In this document: positions 1-8,703 of the stretch, piece by piece
Layout of the letters: each line of letters opens with the position of its first letter
Position numbering within the stretch: the first letter of the stretch is position 1
Assembly (NCBI GenBank): GCA_964443545.1
Contig: CAYUCV010000010.1
Span: 1 to 47,241, forward strand
Length of the DNA stretch: 47,241 bases
Origin: an uncultured bacterium
GTDB taxonomy: Bacteria > Margulisbacteria > WOR-1 > JAKLHX01 > JBAZKV01
Reading direction: 5' to 3'
The notes under the pieces: model-generated
Databases searched by the model: none
Told to the model about the DNA's origin: nothing
What the model saw: the letters and a program-made list of their open reading frames with translations, nothing else
Made by a program: the position numbers and the translations under genes

Positions 1-395
1 CCCAGCATGAACAGATCGCTCCTAAAATCAAAATCGCTCGCGACCGCAGGCCTTCCGCTTATCGCATCCAGTGTTGTGGCGCTAAAGCCCCCCATCTGAT
101 CGTTGCCGTATCCGGCAAAGAATTTCCCGTATTTTGTAGGCATTACATAGCCGAGCATCGTGTAGTTTACATCAGAATCCATTTGCCCATACATGCTCAC
201 TATCTCTCCTGTAACAACCCCTTTTAAACCCGCCGGATTACCAAAAATACCGTAAGGGTCCGCTTTTTGTCCCGCATATGTTCTCCCAAGCGAGATGGAC
301 CTTGCTCCATAGCCGATATCCAGGACTCCGGCCGCTAACGAGCTGCCCGCGATCAGGATTATTGCACAGATTCCGGGCACAAGATATCTTTTCAT
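1..395 (-). CDS. PorV/PorQ-like outer-membrane beta-barrel protein, N-terminal 131 codons (the gene runs off the window edge)
   Basis: Hand translation of the minus strand from ATG 395..393 gives MKRYLVPGICAIILIAGSSLAAGVLDIGYGARSISLGRTYAGQKADPYGIFGNPAGLKGV... It has a signal peptide followed by the GxGARxxxxG...D...NPAGL pattern I associate with PorV/PorQ/UPF0164 barrels. The ATG overlaps the TGA of the adhesin gene (ATGA at 392-395). It is absent from the ORF track because it is truncated. Confidence 0.6.
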   Translation of the reverse strand, partial: MKRYLVPGICAIILIAGSSLAAGVLDIGYGARSISLGRTYAGQKADPYGIFGNPAGLKGVVTGEIVSMYGQMDSDVNYTMLGYVMPTKYGKFFAGYGNDQMGGFSATTLDAISGRPAVASDFDFRSDLFML

Positions 396-3300
396 CTTGC
401 GCCGCCTTTCCAGATGAGCATCTTAGTCTTGCTGACCAGGCGTCCCGTCCCCTGCTCTACCACATTTACGATATACGCGTCGCTTGCAAGACTTCCAAAG
501 AGACCGACGGAATTCCAGTTTAGCTCGTTGTATCCCGCTTTCCCCCCGTTGGCGCCGCTCAAATAATTGTTCTTCCAGACCAGCCTCCCGGAAGTGTCAA
601 AAACATATATGCTGATGTCGTTGTCAACCGAAAGATAATAGGTTATCTTCAGGTCTCCCCTGAGCGGATCGTACGGGTTTGGGTACACAAGTGTCGGGCC
701 TGTTGCAGTAACGGAGCCCGACATCACTTTTAATCCCGTTCTTTCCAGCAGATATTCTGTCCCGGCGCTGTCGTAAGTAATTATCCTTATCGAATGCGTC
801 CCCACGGACAGTTCATCTTTCAGCTTAAGTGTGACCGCAGTATCGGTCAGGGTTATGATCTCGTAATCAGCCTCGACGCCGTCAACGTACACTTTTTTGA
901 CCCCGCCAACCGAAGCAGCGGTCCCGTTCTTCAGCGAGCTCAAAGAAGCCTCTCTGGTCAGAGATACAGTTATGGTGAGCTTTCCCGAGATCGTATCCCC
1001 GTCCTTTAAGTCCACTCCCGCTATATATGCCTCTGCCGTAACATACGCCTCGGTAGTTGCTTTACCCAGCTCTCTCCAGCCCGACTCATTTGTGCTCGAG
1101 GCTCTCGCTTTTACCCTGAAAGAATATTCGGTCAGGGCCTCCAACCCTTCGCTTTCCCAGCTTAAGGCAGTAGTCCAACCAGAATCTGTACCCGCCGTCT
1201 CATTTTCACAGAAATATTCAAATGTCGCCGGATTCCCGTTGGCCCCCCAGTTGGCTGTTATCCTAGACTGCTTTATCGAGCTAAAAGCCGCCGCTTCCGG
1301 TGTGTTAACTGTCAGACCTCCCCCGCCGGACAGAGTGGATTTGCTTCCGGCGTCCAATGTTGTTGAGATAGTTCCGTCGCCGTTCCTTGCCGTTATTTTG
1401 AACGAATATGAGGTTTCAGCCGCCAGCCCTGAACTTGTCCAGGTATTGGTCTTTATCCAGCCCGAATTTGTCCCCGCAGTTATATTCTCAAAGAAAAGGC
1501 CTGAATTACCCGCAGAAAGGTTTGAAGGTTCATTTACCGAATATATCGTTATCGAAGAAGAAGTGATCCCTTCCCAGGTTGCTCCTGTTGATGCTTCTAT
1601 CGATGTATATCTAGAGACCGCCGCCGAAGTAGCTGTTCCAGCAGAATTATATGCTTCGATTTTTCTCGCATATTGGGTGTTTGCCGCAAGCCCGCTCTCG
1701 CTCGTTGATACTGCCTCCGCCGTCACCAAAACCTTTACACCATCTGCCGCGTCAAGTATCCTGAACCCCGCCTCGTTTGTGCTGTTCCGTGTCCAGGTGT
1801 AATTTAGCTGCGTTGTTCCGCCTGATACTCCTGCAAAGTTTGAAAGCGCCTCGGGGGTGGGAACTTTTTCAGTTGTACGGCTCCCGACCTCCTCCGTTGA
1901 GGTTATCAGCCCGTCCCCGTTCTTTGTGGCTATCCTGAATGAGTATGATGTATCCGCTGCAAGATCGGAGCTAACCCATGTATTCGTCTTTATCCACCCG
2001 CTGTTCGTGCCTTTGGTCACGTTCTCAAAGTAGACGCCTGAATCACCCGATGAAAGATTTGAAGGTTCATTATTTGAGTGTATAGTTATTGAGGTTTCCG
2101 TTACCCCTTCGTATGTGGCTCCAGTTACCGCCTCTATTGATGTGTACCCGGATATGGGTTCCGAAGTTGAAGCCCCTGATCCATTATAAGCCTGCACTTT
2201 TCTTGTATATTGGGTGTTTGCCGCAAGCCCGCTCTCGCTTGTTGAGACTGCCTCCGCCGTTGCCAGAATTTTTACGACATTTGCCGCGTCAAGTATCCTG
2301 AACCCTGCCTCGTTTGTGCTGTTCCGTGTCCAGGTGTAATTTATCTGCGTTGTTCCGCCTGATACTCCTGCAAAGTTTGAAGGCGCCTCGGGGGTGGGCT
2401 GCTGCAAAGTGCTTTTGGACACTTCAAGCGTAGAGGTCACTATAGCGTCCCCGTTCCTTGACGTGATCCTGAAAGCATAAGCTGTCCCCGCCGTTAAGCC
2501 TGAACTTGTCCAGACGTTGGCCCTGACCCAGCCGGAATTAGTGCCCTGTATAACATTTTCAAAATAAACCCCTGAGCCTGCCGAAGAAAGATTTGACAAT
2601 TCGTTACCCGAGTGTATCGTTATCGAGGTCTCTGTCACCCCCTCGTAAGTTGCAGAGGAAGCGGCTTCAATAGAGGTGTATCTTGAAACAGCATCAGAAG
2701 TTGCCGCTCCTCCGTCGTTATAAGCCTGCACTTTTCTCGCATACTGGGTATTTGCCGACAAACCGGATTCGACAGTATAGGTCTCTGCCGAAGAAACAGA
2801 AACTTTTACCGCGTTCATGTCATCAAGTATCCTGAACCCTGCCTCGTTGGTGGAATTGTCCGTCCAGGTGAATGCAAGGCTTGCGGAAGAAGCCGCGGCC
2901 GGGACAAAATTACTGGGCGCTTCCGGGGTTGGATTAAAGACCCAGTTGGTATTGTAGCCTCCGTCATAATTGGTCCCGTTCTTTGCATTGATCTGTATCC
3001 CGCCTGAAGCATTGGAGTGCGACGCATTGACATAAGAAACACCTGTCAGCGTGGTAACATTAAAGTTCCAATCATTCGTGTCTGTGCTTGCCATAGTTAT
3101 TCTGGTGCCGGCAGCCTGTCCGTTTAGATTGACGTTATTCCAAGTATGAGTGGTGCCTCCGGTAAAGAACAATTTTGAGGACGCTGTTGTATCTACAAAG
3201 TTCCCGGTCACCGCAGAGCTATCCAGAAAGGTAACACCTGAAGCCGATGCGTTAGATACGGTTAAGTGCTTAAAGGATGTAGATGTAGAAGTAACATTTT

Positions 3301-3835
3301 GTGCGGCGGCTCCGTTCAAAACAAATGTGGGCGAATAGCCCCCTCCTATTGTGCCGCCGGTCCTTGTCAGGTTGCCGGCAATATTAAAGGTGCCGTTGTC
3401 GATATTTCCGGCTGACCATGTCGCGTTCCCCGCAACATTGAACGTTCCTCCGGATGCAGATATTCCGCCTCCTGTAATAGATAGATCACTGTTGACGGTT
3501 ACCGTGTTAGCCCCGGGATTAAACCCGTAGCCTCCCCCCGAAGCCGATACGGTATTATAAATCGACAGGTCCTGCACGGTCAGGTCCCCGGAAACGGCCA
3601 ATTTAGAGGTGCTGCCCGTGCTACCCATAACCTTTACAGCCAAATCTTGCAGGACATTGCTTCCTGGCGTAAGAGTGTTTGCACGTGCCAGATTATATCC
3701 GGCTTCAATGGTTATCTGTCCTGAAGTCACTGTAAATGTACCGGGAGCAAGGTCTACATTACCCTGTGCAAAATACGCATCATAGGTCGCCAGGATAACG
3801 GCGGATCCTGTTGTTAGAACAAGGCCTGATGGCAT
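392..3835 (-). CDS. Adhesin, C-terminal 1147-aa segment: beta-helix repeats, seven FN3-like domains, an Ig-like domain, and a C-terminal T9SS-CTD/FlgD-Ig-like domain
   Basis: Repeated G-rich beta-strand motifs (NVAGNATWSAGNIDNGTFNIAGNLTRTGG). There are three about 179-aa units, each a double FN3 (PTPEAPSNF...WTRNSTNEAGFRILD...YNxxG). The tail is VYPNPYDPLRGDLKITYYLSVDNDISIYVFDTSGRLVWKNN...GYNELNWNS. Confidence 0.85.
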   Translation of the reverse strand: MPSGLVLTTGSAVILATYDAYFAQGNVDLAPGTFTVTSGQITIEAGYNLARANTLTPGSNVLQDLAVKVMGSTGSTSKLAVSGDLTVQDLSIYNTVSASGGGYGFNPGANTVTVNSDLSITGGGISASGGTFNVAGNATWSAGNIDNGTFNIAGNLTRTGGTIGGGYSPTFVLNGAAAQNVTSTSTSFKHLTVSNASASGVTFLDSSAVTGNFVDTTASSKLFFTGGTTHTWNNVNLNGQAAGTRITMASTDTNDWNFNVTTLTGVSYVNASHSNASGGIQINAKNGTNYDGGYNTNWVFNPTPEAPSNFVPAAASSASLAFTWTDNSTNEAGFRILDDMNAVKVSVSSAETYTVESGLSANTQYARKVQAYNDGGAATSDAVSRYTSIEAASSATYEGVTETSITIHSGNELSNLSSAGSGVYFENVIQGTNSGWVRANVWTSSGLTAGTAYAFRITSRNGDAIVTSTLEVSKSTLQQPTPEAPSNFAGVSGGTTQINYTWTRNSTNEAGFRILDAANVVKILATAEAVSTSESGLAANTQYTRKVQAYNGSGASTSEPISGYTSIEAVTGATYEGVTETSITIHSNNEPSNLSSGDSGVYFENVTKGTNSGWIKTNTWVSSDLAADTSYSFRIATKNGDGLITSTEEVGSRTTEKVPTPEALSNFAGVSGGTTQLNYTWTRNSTNEAGFRILDAADGVKVLVTAEAVSTSESGLAANTQYARKIEAYNSAGTATSAAVSRYTSIEASTGATWEGITSSSITIYSVNEPSNLSAGNSGLFFENITAGTNSGWIKTNTWTSSGLAAETSYSFKITARNGDGTISTTLDAGSKSTLSGGGGLTVNTPEAAAFSSIKQSRITANWGANGNPATFEYFCENETAGTDSGWTTALSWESEGLEALTEYSFRVKARASSTNESGWRELGKATTEAYVTAEAYIAGVDLKDGDTISGKLTITVSLTREASLSSLKNGTAASVGGVKKVYVDGVEADYEIITLTDTAVTLKLKDELSVGTHSIRIITYDSAGTEYLLERTGLKVMSGSVTATGPTLVYPNPYDPLRGDLKITYYLSVDNDISIYVFDTSGRLVWKNNYLSGANGGKAGYNELNWNSVGLFGSLASDAYIVNVVEQGTGRLVSKTKMLIWKGGAR
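1320..2935. repeat. Three tandem, in-frame DNA repeats of about 534-537 bp inside the adhesin gene (each a double-FN3 unit)
   Basis: Near-identical stretches, e.g. tgctgttccgtgtccaggtgtaattta at 1780 and again at 2317 (537 bp apart), and aagtatcctgaaccctgcctcgtt at 2291 and 2825 (534 bp apart). Confidence 0.85.
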
Positions 3836-4454
3836 TCAGTGTTGAAGCCATAGTTATTGTTCTGGCTGTGTTTACCGTCAGATTGCACATCTTACCTGCA
3901 GGCGACCAGGTCTCGTTCCCGGCCTTGTTCCAGACTATCCTTCCTGAACCGTTACTAGTGGAGCCCGATGTCACATTTAGATCGCCGGCCAGGTTCAAGG
4001 TGCCTCCGTCTATCATGCCGCCGGAAAGATTAAGGTCGCCGGCCACATTATAAGTTCCTCTGCTCAAACCATTACCAGAGATGTTTAGGTCCCCGTTCAC
4101 TGTTATCGTGGTACCCGCTGCAGCAGCGCGGACCCCGTAGTCTATGGAGTTGGTAGTTCCTGACAGCACCAGCGTTTCTGCGGTAACGGCATCTGCAATG
4201 GCGATAGTCCCGATATTTCCCGCGTGAAGCTGGAGAGTATTAAATGTGTTGCCTGCCGCAGTCAAAGTCCTGGTATTGTTAAATCCTCCCACAAGCTTCA
4301 AAGTGCTTGTCTGGGCAGATACGACACACCCTGTAAAATTGGTAGCGTTGTTGCCGGTGGCATTGAATGTCCAGGTGCCAGATCCCATATAGAGCATCCC
4401 CCCTGAAAAGGTGGTATTGCCCGCTGGCAGTAACATCATATGAAACAGCATCAA
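3780..4454 (-). CDS. Adhesin, middle frameshifted fragment (beta-helix / autotransporter-type beta-strand repeats)
   Basis: NTTFSGGMLYMGSGTWTFNATGNN...NVAGDLNLSGGMIDGGTLNLAGDLNVTSG. It continues the sequence style of the flanking fragments. Its apparent TTG start is an artefact of the frame break. Confidence 0.6.
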   Translation of the reverse strand: MMLFHMMLLPAGNTTFSGGMLYMGSGTWTFNATGNNATNFTGCVVSAQTSTLKLVGGFNNTRTLTAAGNTFNTLQLHAGNIGTIAIADAVTAETLVLSGTTNSIDYGVRAAAAGTTITVNGDLNISGNGLSRGTYNVAGDLNLSGGMIDGGTLNLAGDLNVTSGSTSNGSGRIVWNKAGNETWSPAGKMCNLTVNTARTITMASTLNAIRPCSNNRIRRYPGDL

Positions 4455-4776
4455 AAGTTCCCGCGGCCTGAGTGATAGTTCCGGACATCGTCAAACTTCT
4501 GCCAAGGGTCAGAATGCCGTTAAAACCGCTGTTAATTGACAAAGTTGTCACGGTGCCTGTAAAAGCCGCATCAACCGTGGAAGACTTGGTCGAGGTCCCG
4601 TCAAACACAACAGCGTCCGCCGTTACAGGAACAGTATTATCGCTCCAGTTGGCAGCTTCGCTCCAGTTATTGGTAGTCCCTTCCCCGTCCCAGGTGCGGG
4701 TCGCAGCAAGGGACAGGTTGAATGAGGCGGCAAATAAGGCTGCCGCAAAGAGGATAGAAAAAAATCGTTTTGTCAC
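4279..4776 (-). CDS. Adhesin, N-terminal fragment with signal peptide
   Basis: GTG start at 4776 overlaps the TGA of the upstream R3H ATPase gene (GTGA). Signal peptide MTKRFFSILFAAALFAASFNLSLA, then TRTWDGEGTTNNWSEAANWSDNTVP, which is typical of the start of beta-helix adhesins. Only about the first 115 codons look real. Confidence 0.6.
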   Translation of the reverse strand: MTKRFFSILFAAALFAASFNLSLAATRTWDGEGTTNNWSEAANWSDNTVPVTADAVVFDGTSTKSSTVDAAFTGTVTTLSINSGFNGILTLGRSLTMSGTITQAAGTFDAVSYDVTASGQYHLFRGDALYGIWHLDIQCHRQQRYQFYRVCRICPDKHFEACGRI

Positions 4777-6299
4777 CTGGGGTATATCCTGACCCTTCTT
4801 TGGGGTTCCTGGCCCACTGCCTCCGACCTTAGGTCGTGTCGCTCGATCAGCTGGTGCTGAAGGCGCCTTATGTAAGAATTTTGAGGGGAAAGGTCAACGG
4901 TTTTATTTGTCCTGTTAACCTCTTCTATAGCGTTCTTAGTCTCGTTAAGAGAAGTCTCTTCATATTCTTCCTCTGTTTCTGAGATCCTAAAGTAATTTTT
5001 GAGGAACTTCATCACAGAGGCGGAGGTGTTGCTCTTTAGGATATGGACGGGAACATTATGGTTTTGCGCGGACTTGGTTATCTTTCCGCCTCTGGCGGCT
5101 TTAGGTTTTGTGGTGACCACGATATCCGCCTCGTCTAGCGAATCCACCATCCTGGCGCTGATGCCCATGGAAGCGATCCCTCTGTCAAACCTGCTTTTGT
5201 TGACGCCAAAAACAAATATTCTTGTCTTTGCCTCTGTCTTCTGCCGCGAAGCTTCTTCTATCTCTTCTTCCGTTATCTCGGGCATTTCTTCAGGAGGTTT
5301 TTCCATGACCTCAATTTTACCTTCTGCATTCCTAATCCTTACTTCGGGCTGGGGCTGCCGGCCTCTTAATAGTTTATCAACGGCATCCGCCACATTAGAA
5401 TAGATGGCCATAGTGTCGCGCTCTCTTATCTCCACCACAATGTCAAATGTGGGAGGGGCCTTGCGCTCGAGTATGGCTTTTTGAGTTCTTCTTCTCTTGG
5501 CTTCTTCATCCCCGAGGATAACGGTCTGGACTCCGCCTACCAGATCGCTCAGTGTCGGGTTGGACACCAGATTCTCCAGGCAGATGCCGTGCGCCGTTCC
5601 TATAAGGACAACACCTCTTTCGGCTATAGTCCTTGCAGCTTCGGCTTCGGCTGACGTTCCGATCTCATCGATTATTATGACCTCGGGCATATGGTTTTCC
5701 ACCGCTTCTATCATTACTGCGTGCTGTCTTTCGGGGCTGGGCACCTGCATCCTGCGCGATTTCCCGATCCCCGGATGAGGGATATCCCCGTCACCGGCTA
5801 TCTCGTTGCTGGTGTCAACAACGATCACCCTCTTGTTGAATTCTTCGCTCAAAACCCGGGCTGCCTCGCGCAATTTTGTGGTCTTACCTATGCCCGGCGG
5901 CCCCATAAAAAGTATGCTCTTATTGGATTCTATGATGTCCCTGATTATAGAGATGGTGCCCACCGCCTCCCTGCCCACCCTGCAGGTCAACCCTATTATT
6001 TTGCCGGTCCGGTTCCTTATGCATGAGATGCGGTGAAGCGATCTTTCTATGCCGGCCCTGTTGTCCGAAGTGAATTTGCCGACTTTAGTTATTATATGGT
6101 CTATGTCCTCCTGTGAAACGGTTTCATCCTCTATGGTGAACACTTTTTTCTCGAACCTGACCTCCGGATTTTTGCCAAGGTCGAGTATGACCTCTATCAT
6201 GTCGGAAAAGTCTATCCTGGAGTAAATTTTTTCTTTGATGTGCGGGGGCAGGATCTCAAGCAGGCTCTTTATCGTATCTGATATTTTTATATTAGGCAC
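4773..6299 (-). CDS. AAA+ ATPase with C-terminal R3H nucleic-acid-binding domain (SpoIIIAA / Ycf45-like)
   Basis: Walker A GPPGIGKTT, Walker B VIIIDEIG, the conserved GTAHG segment, and a C-terminal R3H-type motif (IRRLQHQLIERHDLRSEAVGQEPQRRVRIYP). Confidence 0.8.
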   Translation of the reverse strand: MPNIKISDTIKSLLEILPPHIKEKIYSRIDFSDMIEVILDLGKNPEVRFEKKVFTIEDETVSQEDIDHIITKVGKFTSDNRAGIERSLHRISCIRNRTGKIIGLTCRVGREAVGTISIIRDIIESNKSILFMGPPGIGKTTKLREAARVLSEEFNKRVIVVDTSNEIAGDGDIPHPGIGKSRRMQVPSPERQHAVMIEAVENHMPEVIIIDEIGTSAEAEAARTIAERGVVLIGTAHGICLENLVSNPTLSDLVGGVQTVILGDEEAKRRRTQKAILERKAPPTFDIVVEIRERDTMAIYSNVADAVDKLLRGRQPQPEVRIRNAEGKIEVMEKPPEEMPEITEEEIEEASRQKTEAKTRIFVFGVNKSRFDRGIASMGISARMVDSLDEADIVVTTKPKAARGGKITKSAQNHNVPVHILKSNTSASVMKFLKNYFRISETEEEYEETSLNETKNAIEEVNRTNKTVDLSPQNSYIRRLQHQLIERHDLRSEAVGQEPQRRVRIYPR

Positions 6300-6579
6300 T
6301 TTTAATCGCGCGTATGGCTTTTTTCAGATTGGAGCCGGCAACAAATGTTGCGCACTTAGTGGGAATTATTTCTATCGCCTCTCCGGTCCTGGGATTTCTT
6401 CCGAGGCGGCCCTTTCTTGTCTTGACGACAAAGTTGCCAAACCCAACCAGGCGCAATCTTTCGCCCCTGGCAAGCGCCTCGGTCATCATGGCCACCGCGC
6501 TGTCCAGCAGCTCTTCCACCCTTGTCTTTTTTTCGCCGAGTTTTTCGGCGAGCACAGCCGCGAGCTGTTTCTGGTTCAC
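6292..6579 (-). CDS. hup: HU family DNA-binding protein
   Basis: (M)NQKQLAAVLAEKLGEKKTRVEELLD...GFGNFVVKTRKGRLGRNPRTGEAIEIIPTK. I place the start at GTG 6579, preceded by GGAGAG. The longer ORF-track start at 6648 would overlap porB and add a non-HU extension. Confidence 0.9.
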   Translation of the reverse strand: MNQKQLAAVLAEKLGEKKTRVEELLDSAVAMMTEALARGERLRLVGFGNFVVKTRKGRLGRNPRTGEAIEIIPTKCATFVAGSNLKKAIRAIKSA

Positions 6580-6595
6580 TATATTGTCTCTCCGC

Positions 6596-7525
6596 TTACG
6601 GTTTAAAACACTCCGCTTTTTTTTGCAGCAGTTCCCAGTTCCTGTCAATTTCTGCCTGCAGTTCTTCTAGAAGGGATTTGTTCTCGGGCTTAAAAAGGTG
6701 CCTGAACCTGGCTTGAGGCTTAAGAAAGTCGACAAGAGGCCTTTTTTCCTTGGGCCTGTAACTTATGGTATATTTGCCGTTCTCTACCTCATAAAGGTTC
6801 CAAAAACAGGTATCAACTGCAAGTTTACCCATTTCTACGGTTTTTTCCATGGGGTAGCCCCAGCCAAGCTGGCAGGGCTGAAGCACATTGATGAACTTTG
6901 GCCCCTTGATCGACATGGATTTTTCAACTTTTTTTGTAAGGTCTCTCCAGTCGCCGCACACGCTCTGGGCCGCATACGGGATATTATGGGCAACCATGCA
7001 CTCTGTCAGGTCTTTTCTGCTCATCCTTTTGCCCTGCTTCACCTTTCCCGCCGGTTCTGTGGTCGTGCTTGCGCCTCTTGGTGTCGCGCTGGACCTCTGG
7101 ATAGAAGTATTCATGTAAGCTTCGTTATCGTAGCAGACATAAAGCATGTCATGTCCTCTTTCCATCGCGCCGGACAGGGACTGGAATCCGATGTCATACG
7201 TTCCGCCATCCCCGCCAAAAGCAATAAATTTGATATCTCCGGTCAGCTTGCCCTGCCTTTTCAGCGAAGTATAGGCCGCCTCAACTCCTGACATAGTTGC
7301 CGCAGCGTTCTCGAACGCGCTGTGCAAAAAAGGTGTTTTCCAGGCTGAATAAGGGAATATCGTGGTAGAGACTTCAAGACAGCCGGTGGCGCAAGCAACA
7401 ACAACCGGCTCTTTTACTGCCATAAGGACCTGGCGTACTATTATAGGAGCCCCGCAGCCGGGACACATCCTGTGCCCGCCCGTGAGACGGTCCTCTCTTG
7501 ATGTGAGCTCTTTAAGGGTTGCCAT
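6596..7525 (-). CDS. porB: Pyruvate/2-oxoacid:ferredoxin oxidoreductase, beta (TPP-binding) subunit
   Basis: CPGCG near the N-terminus and the GDGG TPP-binding motif (IAFGGDGGTYDIGFQSLSGA...YDNEAYMNT). Last gene of the porGDAB order. Confidence 0.92.
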   Translation of the reverse strand: MATLKELTSREDRLTGGHRMCPGCGAPIIVRQVLMAVKEPVVVACATGCLEVSTTIFPYSAWKTPFLHSAFENAAATMSGVEAAYTSLKRQGKLTGDIKFIAFGGDGGTYDIGFQSLSGAMERGHDMLYVCYDNEAYMNTSIQRSSATPRGASTTTEPAGKVKQGKRMSRKDLTECMVAHNIPYAAQSVCGDWRDLTKKVEKSMSIKGPKFINVLQPCQLGWGYPMEKTVEMGKLAVDTCFWNLYEVENGKYTISYRPKEKRPLVDFLKPQARFRHLFKPENKSLLEELQAEIDRNWELLQKKAECFKP

Positions 7526-8703
7526 TATCTTACTCCTTTGTACTGGACAAATTCTTTCGGGCTCTGACCGGACGCGATCTTTTCTATATCAGAAAATACT
7601 TCCTGTATGTGCGCAAGAGTTATTTCTCTGCCGCCAAGACCGGCAATATAATCAACTATGACCGGCTTCTTCTTTTTATCGTAAAGAGCGCTCCTTATTT
7701 CGGAGAACACAGGGCCTCCGGTTGCCGCAAATCCGTCGCTTCTGTCAATGACCGCCACCGCCTTGATATTTCCCAGCGCGGCTGCGATTTCTTCTTCAGG
7801 GAACGGTCTAAATACGCGGATCTTTAACAGCCCCGCCTTTTTCCCTTTTTCTCTAAGGTCATCAACCACCGCTTTTGCGGAACCGGCCGTTGAGCCCAGG
7901 CATACCAACGCAAAATCAGCGTCATCAAGCTTGTATTTTTCAAAAAATCCGTATTCCCGGCCGAATTTCTTTCCAAACTCTTTTCCTATCTCAAGGATAA
8001 CGGATTTCGATCTCTTCATCGCTTCCGAGACCTGCCTCTTATGCTCAAAATAATAATTTTGAAGGTCAAGCGCTCCTATAGTTACGGGATTTTTGAGGTC
8101 AAGAAGATTTGTGGAAGGAACAAATTTGCCTACAAACTCTTTTACTGCATTGTCATCAAGGATCTCGATCTTTTCAAGGCAGTGGCTGATGATAAAACCG
8201 TCGGTTGCCACCATTGCCGGAAGCTTTACGTCAGGATGTTCGGCTATCCTGACAGCCTGCAGCATATTGTCATACGCTTCCTGCGTGTTCTCGGAAAAAA
8301 TGTGCAGCCAGCCAAAATCCCTTGCGGCCATCGTGTCGCTGTGATCGCAATGGATGTTAATAGGGCCGGATATCGCTCTGTTGACCTCCGGCATAACGAT
8401 AGGAAGCCGCAAAGCGGAAACTATCGGAAGAATTTCATACATAAGGCACAGGCCCTGCGAAGAAGTCCCTGTCATAGCCCGGCAGCCCGAGGCCGATGCG
8501 GCAAGAGTGGCGCTCATCGCGCTGTGCTCTGACTCCACCGCTACAAATTCTGTGTCAACCAGTCCGTCAGCCACATATTGTGAAAAGATCATAACGATCT
8601 CTGTGGCTGGAGTTATCGGATAAGCGGCAACTACATCCGGATTTATCTGTCTCATGGCCTCTGCCATAGCCTCGTTCCCCGTTTTGGCAACTATCTGTGT
8701 CAT
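7525..8703 (-). CDS. porA: Pyruvate/2-oxoacid:ferredoxin oxidoreductase, alpha subunit
   Basis: N-terminus GNEAMAEAMRQINPDVVAAYPITPATEIV is typical of PorA/KorA. About 390 aa, with a 4-nt overlap with porD. Confidence 0.92.
   Translation of the reverse strand: MTQIVAKTGNEAMAEAMRQINPDVVAAYPITPATEIVMIFSQYVADGLVDTEFVAVESEHSAMSATLAASASGCRAMTGTSSQGLCLMYEILPIVSALRLPIVMPEVNRAISGPINIHCDHSDTMAARDFGWLHIFSENTQEAYDNMLQAVRIAEHPDVKLPAMVATDGFIISHCLEKIEILDDNAVKEFVGKFVPSTNLLDLKNPVTIGALDLQNYYFEHKRQVSEAMKRSKSVILEIGKEFGKKFGREYGFFEKYKLDDADFALVCLGSTAGSAKAVVDDLREKGKKAGLLKIRVFRPFPEEEIAAALGNIKAVAVIDRSDGFAATGGPVFSEIRSALYDKKKKPVIVDYIAGLGGREITLAHIQEVFSDIEKIASGQSPKEFVQYKGVR

Larger units (their letters stand above)
392..4776 (-). 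pseudogene. Single giant (about 1460 aa) secreted adhesin-like gene interrupted by two frameshifts (a true pseudogene, or assembly indels)
   Basis: Three overlapping minus-strand ORFs (4279..4776, 3780..4454, 392..3835) in different frames each read as sensible, contiguous beta-helix repeat protein up to the switch points near 4415-4450 and 3783-3835. After each switch point the old frame degenerates into Cys/His/Arg-rich nonsense. Confidence 0.55.

Noticed and set aside
897-1802. 301-aa plus-strand ORF and several other plus-strand ORFs (794..1009, 2089..2301, 3150..3338, 3811..4053, 4472..4792) antisense to the adhesin gene
   Set aside because: They are shadow ORFs of a long, repeat-rich minus-strand gene. 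They have low-complexity S/A/V/P composition, no SD, and no recognisable domains.
6580-6648. Longer HU ORF starting at 6648 (MTGTGNCCKKKRSVLNRKRRDNI...)
   Set aside because: It would overlap the 3' end of porB by 53 nt and add a Cys/Arg-rich extension unlike any HU. GTG at 6579 with GGAGAG upstream gives a canonical about 95-aa HU.
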